Assembly: GCF_000253055.1 (NCBI RefSeq)
Contig: NC_016070.1
Coordinates: forward strand, 1,080,001 to 1,112,000
DNA from: Thermoproteus tenax Kra 1
Lineage (GTDB): Archaea; Thermoproteota; Thermoprotei; Thermoproteales; Thermoproteaceae
Reading direction: 5' to 3'
DNA length: 32,000 nucleotides
Under the pieces are notes generated by a model that worked only from the letters and a program-made list of their open reading frames with translations, was not told where the DNA came from and did not search any database. Made by a program: the position numbers and the translations under genes. Positions 17,344-29,398 of this stretch are shown here, one piece after another. Position 1 is the stretch's first letter. Each line of letters opens with the position of its first letter.

Positions 17344-18615
17344 CTAACGGACCAACGCGGGAGGGCCGGGGCCCCAACTGCGCCCCATCGCCCGCCGGCA
17401 CGGCGTCTCTGCAATTAGGCGGTAGTACCAGGAGGGGCTCTCCAACGGGAAATAGTCGGCGGTATAGTTTAGCGCGGAGAAATACTTGCAGTCCCTTACG
17501 GCGACCATGTACGGAACAGCGCCGATGCCCCGCAGGCCCCCCGCAGAGGGCGAGTCGCTCCAGTAGTTGCCCAAACGGCCGAAGTAGGCGGCCCCTCTGT
17601 ATATATAGGTCAACGGGCCGGGGGAGCTGAGCTCCACCGACGACTCGCACACCTCGATGTTGAGCCAAGTGTTGTTCACGAAGTTGTTGAGCCATAGACG
17701 GACTCGGGAGGATCGACCGATGTGGGCGCCCACTTCGTTGCCCACAAAGGAGGAGTTGAATGCCTCAACCTCCTCCGAGAAGGAGATGGAGAGTCCGTCA
17801 TATTCGTTGCCCACTGCGCTGACCCGAGAGAGGGAGACCCGGCGCGATTTAACTACCTCCACTCCGCTGTAGCCGTTGCCCTCAGCGTCGACGTCGCGGA
17901 CCCTTGCGTTATCGGCGTGTAGCAACACGAGGCCGCTCTCCGAGTTTCCGCGCGCCGAGAGCTGGGCCAGCTCAACGTTCTTGGAGCCTATAAAGACGCC
18001 GGAGCCGGCGTTTCGGTCGGCCACAACTTGAGAGACGACGACGTCGGCTGAGTCGCCCACGACTAGGCCGTCGCACTCGTTGTCCGAGACATTAAGGCGC
18101 TCGGCCAAAACGCCGAGCGCGCCGTCTATCGACACGCCGCATCCGTTGCCGTTCGCGACGACGTCCCTCAAAATTGAGCCGTTGACGAAGTACAGGCGCA
18201 CGCCCACCTCGCCGTTGTCCTCGGCCCTCACGGACTCCACGCGGATCTGCCTCGAGAGGTCGACCTCAACGCCGGCCCTGGCGTTCCGGAAAACCCAGAT
18301 GTTCAACAAGCGCGCCTCAGTTGTGTTCTCCAACAAGATCCCGTAGCTGAAGCCGGCCACTTTCACGTCTTTGACTGTGACGTTCGCCGCATTGACCACG
18401 TAGATTCCTATATAGCCCCCCGCGCCGAACAGATAGTGGCCTCCGCCGTCTAACACGACGCCGCTGGCGTTCACTACTATCGCTATATAGTCGGAGCTGT
18501 TCAAGTCTTGGGTCAAGAGATAGTAGCCGGGCTGTTGGACGACGTAGGGGACTCTGTCTATCGCGAACTGGCCAGCCGCGGCCAGAACGAGGGCTAAGGC
18601 GGCAACGGCCCACAT
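17344..18615 (-). CDS. Secreted/surface right-handed beta-helix (PbH1/NosD-like) repeat protein
   Basis: 423 aa. The N-terminus MWAVAALALVLAAAG is hydrophobic and signal-like. At least 8 repeats of about 22 aa have the form xxGNxxxGVxV (ANGNGCGVSI, ADRNAGSGVFI, AEGNGYSGVEV and others). It has many N-x-S/T sequons. Confidence 0.7.
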   Translation of the reverse strand: MWAVAALALVLAAAGQFAIDRVPYVVQQPGYYLLTQDLNSSDYIAIVVNASGVVLDGGGHYLFGAGGYIGIYVVNAANVTVKDVKVAGFSYGILLENTTEARLLNIWVFRNARAGVEVDLSRQIRVESVRAEDNGEVGVRLYFVNGSILRDVVANGNGCGVSIDGALGVLAERLNVSDNECDGLVVGDSADVVVSQVVADRNAGSGVFIGSKNVELAQLSARGNSESGLVLLHADNARVRDVDAEGNGYSGVEVVKSRRVSLSRVSAVGNEYDGLSISFSEEVEAFNSSFVGNEVGAHIGRSSRVRLWLNNFVNNTWLNIEVCESSVELSSPGPLTYIYRGAAYFGRLGNYWSDSPSAGGLRGIGAVPYMVAVRDCKYFSALNYTADYFPLESPSWYYRLIAETPCRRAMGRSWGPGPPALVR

Positions 18616-18663
18616 ATATTTCTCCGGCTAAAAAGCTTTTTAGTCTGTGCCCCGCCTCCCTCA
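18616..18663. promoter_or_regulatory. Bidirectional promoter with palindromic TATA element
   Basis: 48-nt gap between divergent start codons (18615 and 18664). It contains the perfect 16-bp palindrome CTAAAAAGCTTTTTAG at 18628-18643. Its A/T half at 18636-18642 lies 24-25 nt from both start codons. Confidence 0.5.
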
Positions 18664-19569
18664 GTGAAGGTCTACGTCTCTGCCAGATTGCCCGAGGAGG
18701 CGCTCGACCTCCTGCGGAGACACGCCGAAGTTGTGGGGGCCGAGGGGATGGCCGAGGCTGAGGCGGCCATCGTCTTCAATATAACTAGGGAGGAGCTGGC
18801 GAGGATGCCCAAACTGAAGTTCATACAAGTGGTCACGGCCGGGCTCGACCATCTGCCCTGGCAGGATATACCTCCCCACGTGCTTGTGGCGGGGAACGCT
18901 GGGGCGAACGCAGACGCCGTGGCCGAATTCGCCGTAGCGATGGCGTTGGCCTCGCTCAAGAGGATAGTCTTCTACGACAGAAGGATGAAGGCCGGCGACT
19001 ACGGAAGATCGAGGCCCGTCCCGATGCTCCGCGGCAGAAAGGCCGCAGTGCTTGGGCTGGGGGAGATAGGGCAGAGGACGGCGAGGATCTTGGCCCAGCT
19101 CGGCGCAGAGGTGTGGGGCTTCTCCAGGAGGATGCGCGAAGGCCCGTGGCGTTTCACAGACAGCTTGGAGGAGGCGCTGAGGGGCGCCCTAGTGGCTGTG
19201 TGCGCCCTGCCCCTCAACAGACACACGAGGGGCCTCGTGAGGTACGAACATCTGGCCTCCATGGACCCGGAGGGAGTCTTTGTGAACGTGGGCAGAGCCG
19301 AGGTAGTGGACAGAGAGGCTGCGCTGAGGATACTCAAGGAGAGGCCCGGCTTCACCTTCGCGAGCGACGTGTGGTGGGGCCGCAACGACTTCGCCAGAGA
19401 CTCCGAGATAATCTCTCTGCCCAACGCCGTGGCCACCCCGTGGGTGGCCGGGGGGTACGGCTCCGAGGAGGTCTGGAGGAGGATGGGGCTTGAGGCCGTC
19501 GAGAACTTCCTCCGCTGGGCGCGCGGAGAGCCGCCGAGGAATATCGCCGATAGATCCGACTACGTCTGA
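18664..19569 (+). CDS. D-isomer-specific 2-hydroxyacid dehydrogenase family protein (atypical active site)
   Basis: 301 aa with a GTG start. The NAD-binding motif is AVLGLGEIGQRTARILAQLGAEV. The conserved Arg context is VNVGRAEVVD. The usual TPH catalytic His context reads ATPWVAG. Confidence 0.75.
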   Translation: MKVYVSARLPEEALDLLRRHAEVVGAEGMAEAEAAIVFNITREELARMPKLKFIQVVTAGLDHLPWQDIPPHVLVAGNAGANADAVAEFAVAMALASLKRIVFYDRRMKAGDYGRSRPVPMLRGRKAAVLGLGEIGQRTARILAQLGAEVWGFSRRMREGPWRFTDSLEEALRGALVAVCALPLNRHTRGLVRYEHLASMDPEGVFVNVGRAEVVDREAALRILKERPGFTFASDVWWGRNDFARDSEIISLPNAVATPWVAGGYGSEEVWRRMGLEAVENFLRWARGEPPRNIADRSDYV

Positions 19570-19595
19570 ATTTATTTAGGCTCCAACTCTCCACT

Positions 19596-22722
<3,127 letters not shown>

Positions 22723-22756
22723 GCGAAGAGGCGCAGGACAGTTAAAAAGCGTAAAT

Positions 22757-23069
22757 CTATATATCCTAAATAATTCCCGGCGTTTAAAAATCGTCGTGCA
22801 ACTTGCCCTTTCTTTCTGTAAAATCGTTCAACTGCTGCGCCGTTGTACCTTTGTCAAGCGGGGATCCCGTTTAAAAAACGGCGGACAGAAGTACGGCGGA
22901 CGGCGGCGCCGACAGTAAAACACGCGCTTTCAACTGCCGGAGGCAGAAGGCCAGCTGTGGAAAAGAGACAACCCCACCCCTTAGCCAACACGAGAACACG
23001 CCAGAACTAACACAAAACCCACCAGAGAAAAACTTAAAAACAGCCAAAAGCCAAAACCCAGAAGGCCCG
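22757..23069 (+). promoter_or_regulatory. CRISPR-3 leader
   Basis: Homologous to leaders 1 and 2. It contains the same distal block CTATATATCCTAAATAATTCCCGGCGTTTAAAAATCG..., AAGCGGGGATCCCG, and the proximal AAAACTTAAAAACAGCC...CCCAGAAGGCCCG directly before repeat 1. Confidence 0.75.
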
Positions 23070-24118
23070 GAATCTCAAAGAGAGGATTGAAAGTCAAATT
23101 CACAATCAACTTTCTACTGAACTTCCCGTCATGGAGAATCTCAAAGAGAGGATTGAAAGGCGCGCTGTATACAGCGCGCCTTTCGCGGCAGATATCGCCC
23201 TCAGCGAATCTCAAAGAGAGGATTGAAAGCTTCGTCGAGAAGTCCTCGACGCTCAGAGACATATTCTACAACAAGAATCTCAAAGAGAGGATTGAAAGCT
23301 TCTTACTTCCTCAAGTCTCCTGGCTATCTCCTGAATTTTTTCGAATCTCAAAGAGAGGATTGAAAGAGGCTACGCGATGTGCTAATTCAGTTGCGCGACG
23401 TGGCCGACTCGAATCTCAAAGAGAGGATTGAAAGTCGACGACGATGAAGTCCGGATTGCTCGCGCTTATCAGCCTGAACGAATCTCAAAGAGAGGATTGA
23501 AAGGTAGATCTCGACTGCCACCGCCGGCTTGGCGCCGCGCCACGTGTAAATTGAATCTCAAAGAGAGGATTGAAAGGGATAGACACGGCGGAAGCAATAT
23601 GGACATCTGATCTCATCGAGAATCTCAAAGAGAGGATTGAAAGCTTTTATACATCTTTCTTTTTCGGCTATGTGCGACAACTGAATCTCAAAGAGAGGAT
23701 TGAAAGTCTAGCTCAACTACCTTTTCGCCCATGTCCAAAGGCCCAGACCTGAATCTCAAAGAGAGGATTGAAAGAACAATAATGATATCGTGTGCAAAGA
23801 TAGACAAAAGCGGCGAATCTCAAAGAGAGGATTGAAAGCTTGGGCGTTGGAGCGGACAGAGCCCGCGCGCTCTTGAGGGAGAGGGAATCTCAAAGAGAGG
23901 ATTGAAAGCTTCCTCACTGCGCACTCTCTCGTACTTGCACAGTTTGGCGAATCTCAAAGAGAGGATTGAAAGACCGCCAGCTTGAGCATGTGCGTAGTCC
24001 CGCCGGTCTCCCACGGAATCTCAAAGAGAGGATTGAAAGTCTGGTGGAACCATAAACGGCAAAACCAATTCATCGTCCCAGACTTTGATTTTGTGAATCT
24101 CAAAGAGAGGATTGAAAG
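23070..24118 (+). CRISPR. CRISPR array 3 (16 repeats)
   Basis: 16 copies of GAATCTCAAAGAGAGGATTGAAAG (first 23070-23093, last 24095-24118). Spacers are 39-55 nt. No clear decayed terminal repeat was found. Confidence 0.97.
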
Positions 24119-24212
24119 TCCATTGGCGCTTAGCCGGCCTTTGAAGCGCTCTCCGCCTACACTTTAATCGATGGGCGGGGGCCTCGCCGGCAGGCATGCC
24201 CCCGGTACCGCA

Positions 24213-25331
24213 TTACTTGGCTCTGACAGTTTCTGGCAGTTGGGTGGCCGATAGAAGGACTATCGTAGAGGATATTAGGGCGGTCAACGAGAGATCTCTC
24301 TCTAGGCCGAAAGGCAGCAGCAGGGCTAACGTGACTCCGAAGCCCCCTCCCAACAATCTGCCTAGAAATAACGTTATATTGGTCCCCGTGGCTTTGAAGT
24401 TGGCGGGGTAGACCTCGCTCATCCAGACCCCAAAGTAGGCGAAGAAGGAGGAGCCGAACATTAGGAGTATGAAAGATGTTGCCACCAAGTTGGGGTTATT
24501 TACGCCGAAGAGGAAGAGCAGCGAGGCCAAAACGCTTATCCCGGCGAACACATAGCTCGCCCTCTTCCTCCCGATTCTGTCGGAAATGCTGCCCGCGGCT
24601 GTGAATCCAATCATCCCTATTATAAAGCCGGCCAAGATAACGGCGTAGGCGTTGAGCCCTAGGGCTGTGAAAAGCGTAAAGCCCAGAGAGACCAGGGGCA
24701 CCAACAGGAGGAAGGCCCCTATCGAGAACAGCGATCCGAACACAGTGGCTTTGGCCAAATCCCTGGATACCTTAAAGCTGAACTTCGCCCTCCATTTAGA
24801 CTCCGGTATAAGGAACCACAACGGTATACTTATTGCCGACAACGAGAAGATCGTTACGTAGTACAAGGAAATCGACTCCCTCGCGGCAAAGGATATCAGA
24901 GACCCCATTATTGCGCCGAGGAAATAAAGCCCCTGCATTATGCTCCCGACAAGCCCTCTGACGTTCGGCGGAGACAGCTCGGCCGCATATACGTAGCTGA
25001 TCCCGTTGACCGCATTAACGCCGAAACCTATTAAAAACCAGATAATATAAAACACCACAATATTGTTTACAATTATATTTCCTATGAGGGGGAAGACAAA
25101 TAGTAATATTGAAATTAATAGCGAGAGCCTTCTACCTTTGGCATCGCCGAAAATTCCCATCAGAAGTCCGCCTATGGCGCCGCCTATCCAGCTTAAGGGG
25201 ATCGCAAACGACGCAAGGCCTCCGAACTTGGCGATAAATTTCGGCAATACGAAACTAATGGAATAGACCGCCAGAGCAGAGAACAAGAAGATCGTCAGCA
25301 GAGCCGCCAAAGCCGCCTTGTAGTTGGCCAT
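24213..25331 (-). CDS. MFS-type transporter
   Basis: 372 aa and hydrophobic throughout, with about 10-12 predicted helices by eye. It has an MFS motif-A-like GDAKGRRLSLLISILLF. Confidence 0.75.
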   Translation of the reverse strand: MANYKAALAALLTIFLFSALAVYSISFVLPKFIAKFGGLASFAIPLSWIGGAIGGLLMGIFGDAKGRRLSLLISILLFVFPLIGNIIVNNIVVFYIIWFLIGFGVNAVNGISYVYAAELSPPNVRGLVGSIMQGLYFLGAIMGSLISFAARESISLYYVTIFSLSAISIPLWFLIPESKWRAKFSFKVSRDLAKATVFGSLFSIGAFLLLVPLVSLGFTLFTALGLNAYAVILAGFIIGMIGFTAAGSISDRIGRKRASYVFAGISVLASLLFLFGVNNPNLVATSFILLMFGSSFFAYFGVWMSEVYPANFKATGTNITLFLGRLLGGGFGVTLALLLPFGLERDLSLTALISSTIVLLSATQLPETVRAK

Positions 25332-25410
25332 GTTTTAACGATCTCCGGCGGATAAAAAGCTTGAGGGGGCGAGGGGCGGAATATCTATATGGCAGTTCGA
25401 GCGCAGTGTC

Positions 25411-26728
25411 GTGAAGGTGTTGGTGGTGGGAGGAGGGGCGGCGGGCATGAGCGCGGCGTCTAGAGTGAGGAGGCTGAGGGGCGACGCCGAGATAGTGGTC
25501 GTCGAGAGGACGCACATGGTCAGCCACGCGCCGTGCGCCATACCCTTCTATCTCGAGGGCCTCTTCGACGACGTAGGGCTCTTCATGCACTACACGCCCG
25601 ACTACTTCAGAGAGGTCAGGAGGATAGACGTGAGGCTGAACGAGGAGGTCGTAGAGGTCGGGCCGGGGTACGCTGTGACGGACAGAGGGGCCAGACTGGA
25701 GTGGGACTACTTGGTCTTGGCCACCGGCGCCTCGCCCAATATCCCCGACGTACCCATCTCCGGCGAGTCCGTGGTCGTGGTGCACCACCCCGCCGACGCC
25801 GAGCGCCTCAGGCGGATGCTCGAGGGCGCCTCCTCGGTGGGCATCGTGGGCTCCGGCTACGTGGCTCTGGAGGTGGCAGAGGCCGCGAGGGCGAGGGGCA
25901 AGGAGGTCGTCGTAGTGGGCAGATCGGCCTATCCTCTCCGGAGGGCCCTCGACGAAGAGGTGGGCCGCATGGTGGCGGAGGAGCTGGCGCGCCGCGGGGT
26001 CAGACTCGCCATGGGCGAGAGGCTCGTCGAAATAGAGGGCGGCTCCGGCGGTCAGACCATCGTGACCGAGGGGAGCAGATACAGAGTGGACTTGGTCGTG
26101 TTGGCGACCGGCATAAGGCCCAACGTGGAGCTCGCCAGACAGCTCGGGCTGAAGATCGGCGAGACTGGCGCAGTGTGGGTCGACGAACATATGAGGACGA
26201 GCTCCGAGGCGGTCTACGCCGCCGGCGACGTCGCTGAGACTCGCCATCTGATCACGGGGAGGCCCTACTGGCACCCCTTCGGCACCACGGCCAACAAGAT
26301 GGGCTACGTGGCTGGGGAGAATATAGCGGGACGCAGCGCGAAGTTCCCCGGCGTTGTCGGCACCTCTATGACAAGGTTCATGGGCCTCTATATAGCGGCC
26401 GTAGGGCTCACCGAGAGGGACGCCAGAGCGCACGGCTTCAGGCCGGCGAACGCCATGATAAAAGGCCAGAACAAAGGCCAGGTACTACCCCGGAGGCGGC
26501 GAGGTGGTAATAAAGCTTGTCGCCGATGGGGACAGCGGCAGGCTCCTCGGCGCCCAGATACTGGGCGACGACGGCTCGTACGTATTGGGCAAAGTGGACA
26601 CAGTGGCCGCGCTTTTGATGAAGGGGGCAACCGTGGAGGACCTCTTCTTCACCGACATGGCCTATCTGCCCGCCGTGACCCAAGTCTGGGATCCGTTGAT
26701 CACGGCGGCGCGGCAGCTCTTGAGGTGA
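25411..26728 (+). pseudogene. CoA-disulfide reductase / NADH oxidase family flavoprotein, interrupted by a 1-nt frameshift
   Basis: GTG start. The FAD motif is VLVVGGGAAGMSAA, the redox Cys context is SHAPCAIPF and the second dinucleotide motif is VGIVGSGYVALE. The first frame is good up to NAMIKGQNK. The continuation ARYYPGGGEVVIKLVADGDSGRLLGAQILG...FFTDMAYLPAVTQVWDPL is in the next frame. The shift lies within 26462-26482, most simply one extra G at 26476/26477. The rest of the 893-aa ORF is antisense to fdhA and is spurious. Confidence 0.75.
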
Positions 26729-26736
26729 GCCGGCCT

Positions 26737-29397
26737 TCAGACTCTCTCTATCCTCACCCGCGCGTCCTTGTAGGCCGGCGTCTTGGTGAACGGGTTGAGC
26801 ACGGCCGGCACAACGGCGTTGATCCACAGATCGCTGTAGTGGAACGTCGTAAACAACACGCCTCTGGGCACTCTGTCCGAGGCCTTTATCTTCGCCCTCA
26901 CTTTCCCCGCGGGCGAGACCAGATAGACGACCTGCCCATCGGCGAGGCCCTCCGCCTTCATGTCCTCCGGGTTCATCTCCACCACAGGCCCTCTCGCCAT
27001 TATCCTCGTCAGAGTGGACCTCATGGTCATAGTGGCCGTGTGGTACTGGGCCCTCTCTCTGCCCGTTATCAACACGTAGGGGTAGAGCCTCTCGAGCACT
27101 ACGTCGGGCTGCTCCAGGAGATTTGTCTGAATCTGCCCTGCCCCTGGGGAAGCCGGAGGCGTAGAGTATGGGCGTTCCCTCCCCGTCCACAGGCCACTGG
27201 ACTCCGCGCTCCGCCTCTCCGGGAGAGGCGCGAATATGGGCGCCAGGCGCGAGAGCTCCGCTATTATCTCTGCGGGGCTCGAGAAGCCCATATCGTAGCC
27301 CAGCCTTTTGGCCAACTCTATGAATATCTGCCAGTCCGGCCGGGCGTCCCCGGGCGGCTCCACGACCTTGTGCGTGGCCTGCACTCTGCGCTCAGTGTTG
27401 GTGAACGTGCCCTCGTCCTCCAGCGCCGAGGAGACCGCCGGGAGCACCACGTCGGCGTACTCGGCCGTCTCAGTCAGAAATATGTCCTGTACCACCAAGA
27501 ACTCCAGTCTGCTGAGGGCCTCCGCCACAGCTCTGGCGTCCGGGTGGGACCTAACGCTGTTCTCCCCCACGATGTACATCATCTTTATGACCCCCCTCCT
27601 CGCCATCTCCACCATCTCAGTGCTTCTGAAACCGACGAACTCGGGCAGTCTGCACCTCCACGCCTCTTCGAACTTCCCTCTGACAGCTGGATCGGTCAAG
27701 GGCTGGTATCCGGGCAGTCTGCCGGGGGCTGCGCCCATGTCTGCGCCGCCCTGCACGTTGTTCTGGCCCCTCAACGGCATCAGCCCCGCGCCCGGCCTCC
27801 CCACGTTGCCCGTGAGCAGAGCGAGGTTCGCCAGCGCCGAGACGTTCTCTGTGCCGTACTCGTGCTCTGTTATTCCCAACGTCCACATAATCATCGAGGG
27901 CTTCTCCAGGGCGTACAGCCGCGCCGCCTCCTTTATGGCCGAGGCGGGAACCCCAGTGACCCTCTCGGCGAACTCGAGCGTGAAGGGCTCGAGGCTCTTG
28001 GCCCACTCCTGGAAGCCCTCAGTGTACTTCTCCACGAACTCTCTGTCGTGCCACCCCATCTCCAAGATGTATCTGGCCATGGCCGAGAATAGAACTACGT
28101 CGGTCCCCGGTCTTATGTTGAGCTCCAGCTCTGCGTACCTCGAGAGCTCTGTCCTCAGCGGGTTCACCAGGATCAAGTGGGCCCCCGCCTTCGCCGCCCT
28201 TTTGACGTAGGCCGCTATGACTGGGTGGGTCTCGCCCATGTTGGAGCCGACTACTACTATAGTCCTCGCGTTCAAGACGTCCGCCACTGGGTTCGTCGCC
28301 GCCCCGTAGCCGAGCTGGAGGGCCAGAGCCCACGCAGAGGGCTCGTGGCAGAGCGTGGCCGACTGGTCTATGTTGTCGGTGCCCACGGCGCATCTCATGA
28401 GCTTCTGAAAGGCGTAGATGCTCTCGTTGGTGCTCCTGTCGCTCATAATGCCGGCGATGGCCGCAGGGCCGTACTTGGCCTTGATCTCCTTTATCTTCTC
28501 CGCCACGAGGGACAGCGCCTCCTCCCAAGTGGCCTCTCTGAAGACCTCCTCGACCCTCCTCCCGTTCAGCGGCCCCTTGGGCACGCCGGGCCTCCTTATG
28601 AGCGGCCTCCTCAGCCTCTCCGGGCTGTTGGCGTATTCGAACCCGAACTTGCCCTTGATGCAGAGCTTCCCCTCGTTGGAGCTCCCGCGCCCGCCCCTCG
28701 CCCATATTATCCTCCCGCCCTTCACTCCGTACTCCACTACGCATCCAGTGCCGCAGTAGGGGCACACCGTCTCCGCCACCTTCTCGGCGGGCTCCCAGCC
28801 CTTCTCCATGAGCGCGCCCGTGGGACAGGCGTCCACGCATGCGCCGCAGCTGACGCAGGAGGAGGCGCCGAGGGGCACACCGTCGTCGAAGGCTATGGCC
28901 GACCCGGCCCCTCTGCCGACCACCGTTATCACGTCGTTGTTCTGATCCATGGAGCAGGCTATCACGCACCTTCTGCACATGACGCACGCCGAGGGGTTGA
29001 AGACTATCGCAGGGTGCGTGTCGTCCAACGGAGCCCCCCTCACGACCGGGGCCTTCTCCAGGCCGTGCGCCTCCGCCAGAGAGCACACCTTGCACCTAGC
29101 CCTCTCCGTCTCGCTCGAGTGTGAGTGGCTCTTGACCAGCAGCCTCAGCAGAGTCCTCCGGGCCTCTAAGACCCGGGGGCTCTCCGTCTCTATCTTCATC
29201 CCCTCAGCCACCCTGGTGATACACGCGGGCGCCAGCCTCCCGTTTATCTCCACTACGCAGATCCTGCATGTGCCGTTGACGAAGCCCTCGTAGTAGCAAA
29301 GCGTCGGCACCTCGACGCCGTTCCTTCTGGCCAACTCCAACACAGTCTCGCCATCCCTCGCCTCCACCTCCCTCCCGTTGAGCACTACGCGGGGCAT
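26737..29397 (-). CDS. fdhA: Formate dehydrogenase alpha subunit (molybdopterin oxidoreductase with N-terminal 2Fe-2S/4Fe-4S domains, Cys type)
   Basis: 886 aa. The NuoG-like 2Fe-2S region is CYYEGFVNGTCRICVVEINGRLAPAC. The ferredoxin motifs are CVMCRRCVIAC and CVSCGACVDACP. The Mo-bisPGD cluster is CPYCGTGC. LCIKGKFGFEY is present. The active-site context is ATLCHEPS, with Cys rather than Sec. Confidence 0.88.
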   Translation of the reverse strand: MPRVVLNGREVEARDGETVLELARRNGVEVPTLCYYEGFVNGTCRICVVEINGRLAPACITRVAEGMKIETESPRVLEARRTLLRLLVKSHSHSSETERARCKVCSLAEAHGLEKAPVVRGAPLDDTHPAIVFNPSACVMCRRCVIACSMDQNNDVITVVGRGAGSAIAFDDGVPLGASSCVSCGACVDACPTGALMEKGWEPAEKVAETVCPYCGTGCVVEYGVKGGRIIWARGGRGSSNEGKLCIKGKFGFEYANSPERLRRPLIRRPGVPKGPLNGRRVEEVFREATWEEALSLVAEKIKEIKAKYGPAAIAGIMSDRSTNESIYAFQKLMRCAVGTDNIDQSATLCHEPSAWALALQLGYGAATNPVADVLNARTIVVVGSNMGETHPVIAAYVKRAAKAGAHLILVNPLRTELSRYAELELNIRPGTDVVLFSAMARYILEMGWHDREFVEKYTEGFQEWAKSLEPFTLEFAERVTGVPASAIKEAARLYALEKPSMIMWTLGITEHEYGTENVSALANLALLTGNVGRPGAGLMPLRGQNNVQGGADMGAAPGRLPGYQPLTDPAVRGKFEEAWRCRLPEFVGFRSTEMVEMARRGVIKMMYIVGENSVRSHPDARAVAEALSRLEFLVVQDIFLTETAEYADVVLPAVSSALEDEGTFTNTERRVQATHKVVEPPGDARPDWQIFIELAKRLGYDMGFSSPAEIIAELSRLAPIFAPLPERRSAESSGLWTGRERPYSTPPASPGAGQIQTNLLEQPDVVLERLYPYVLITGRERAQYHTATMTMRSTLTRIMARGPVVEMNPEDMKAEGLADGQVVYLVSPAGKVRAKIKASDRVPRGVLFTTFHYSDLWINAVVPAVLNPFTKTPAYKDARVRIERV

Positions 29398-29398
29398 A

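Noticed and set aside
24119-24212. A possible decayed terminal repeat (GCCTTTGAAGCG) and a GC hairpin (GGGGGC..GCCCCC) after array 3.
   Set aside because: The TTGAAG-like segment is out of register, with no room for a spacer after the last repeat. The hairpin has a 15-nt loop and no T-tract, so neither can be supported.
24213-25331. Visibly lower GC content of the MFS transporter gene, as a sign of horizontal transfer.
   Set aside because: The excess of Phe/Ile/Leu/Asn codons in a polytopic membrane protein explains most of the shift. No flanking repeats, integrase or tRNA were seen.
26483-28092. Continuation of the 893-aa ORF 25411..28092 beyond the flavoprotein domain.
   Set aside because: The sequence after ..IKGQNKGQ is R/G/P/H-rich and antisense to fdhA. 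The genuine C-terminus of the flavoprotein is in the next frame and ends at 26728.
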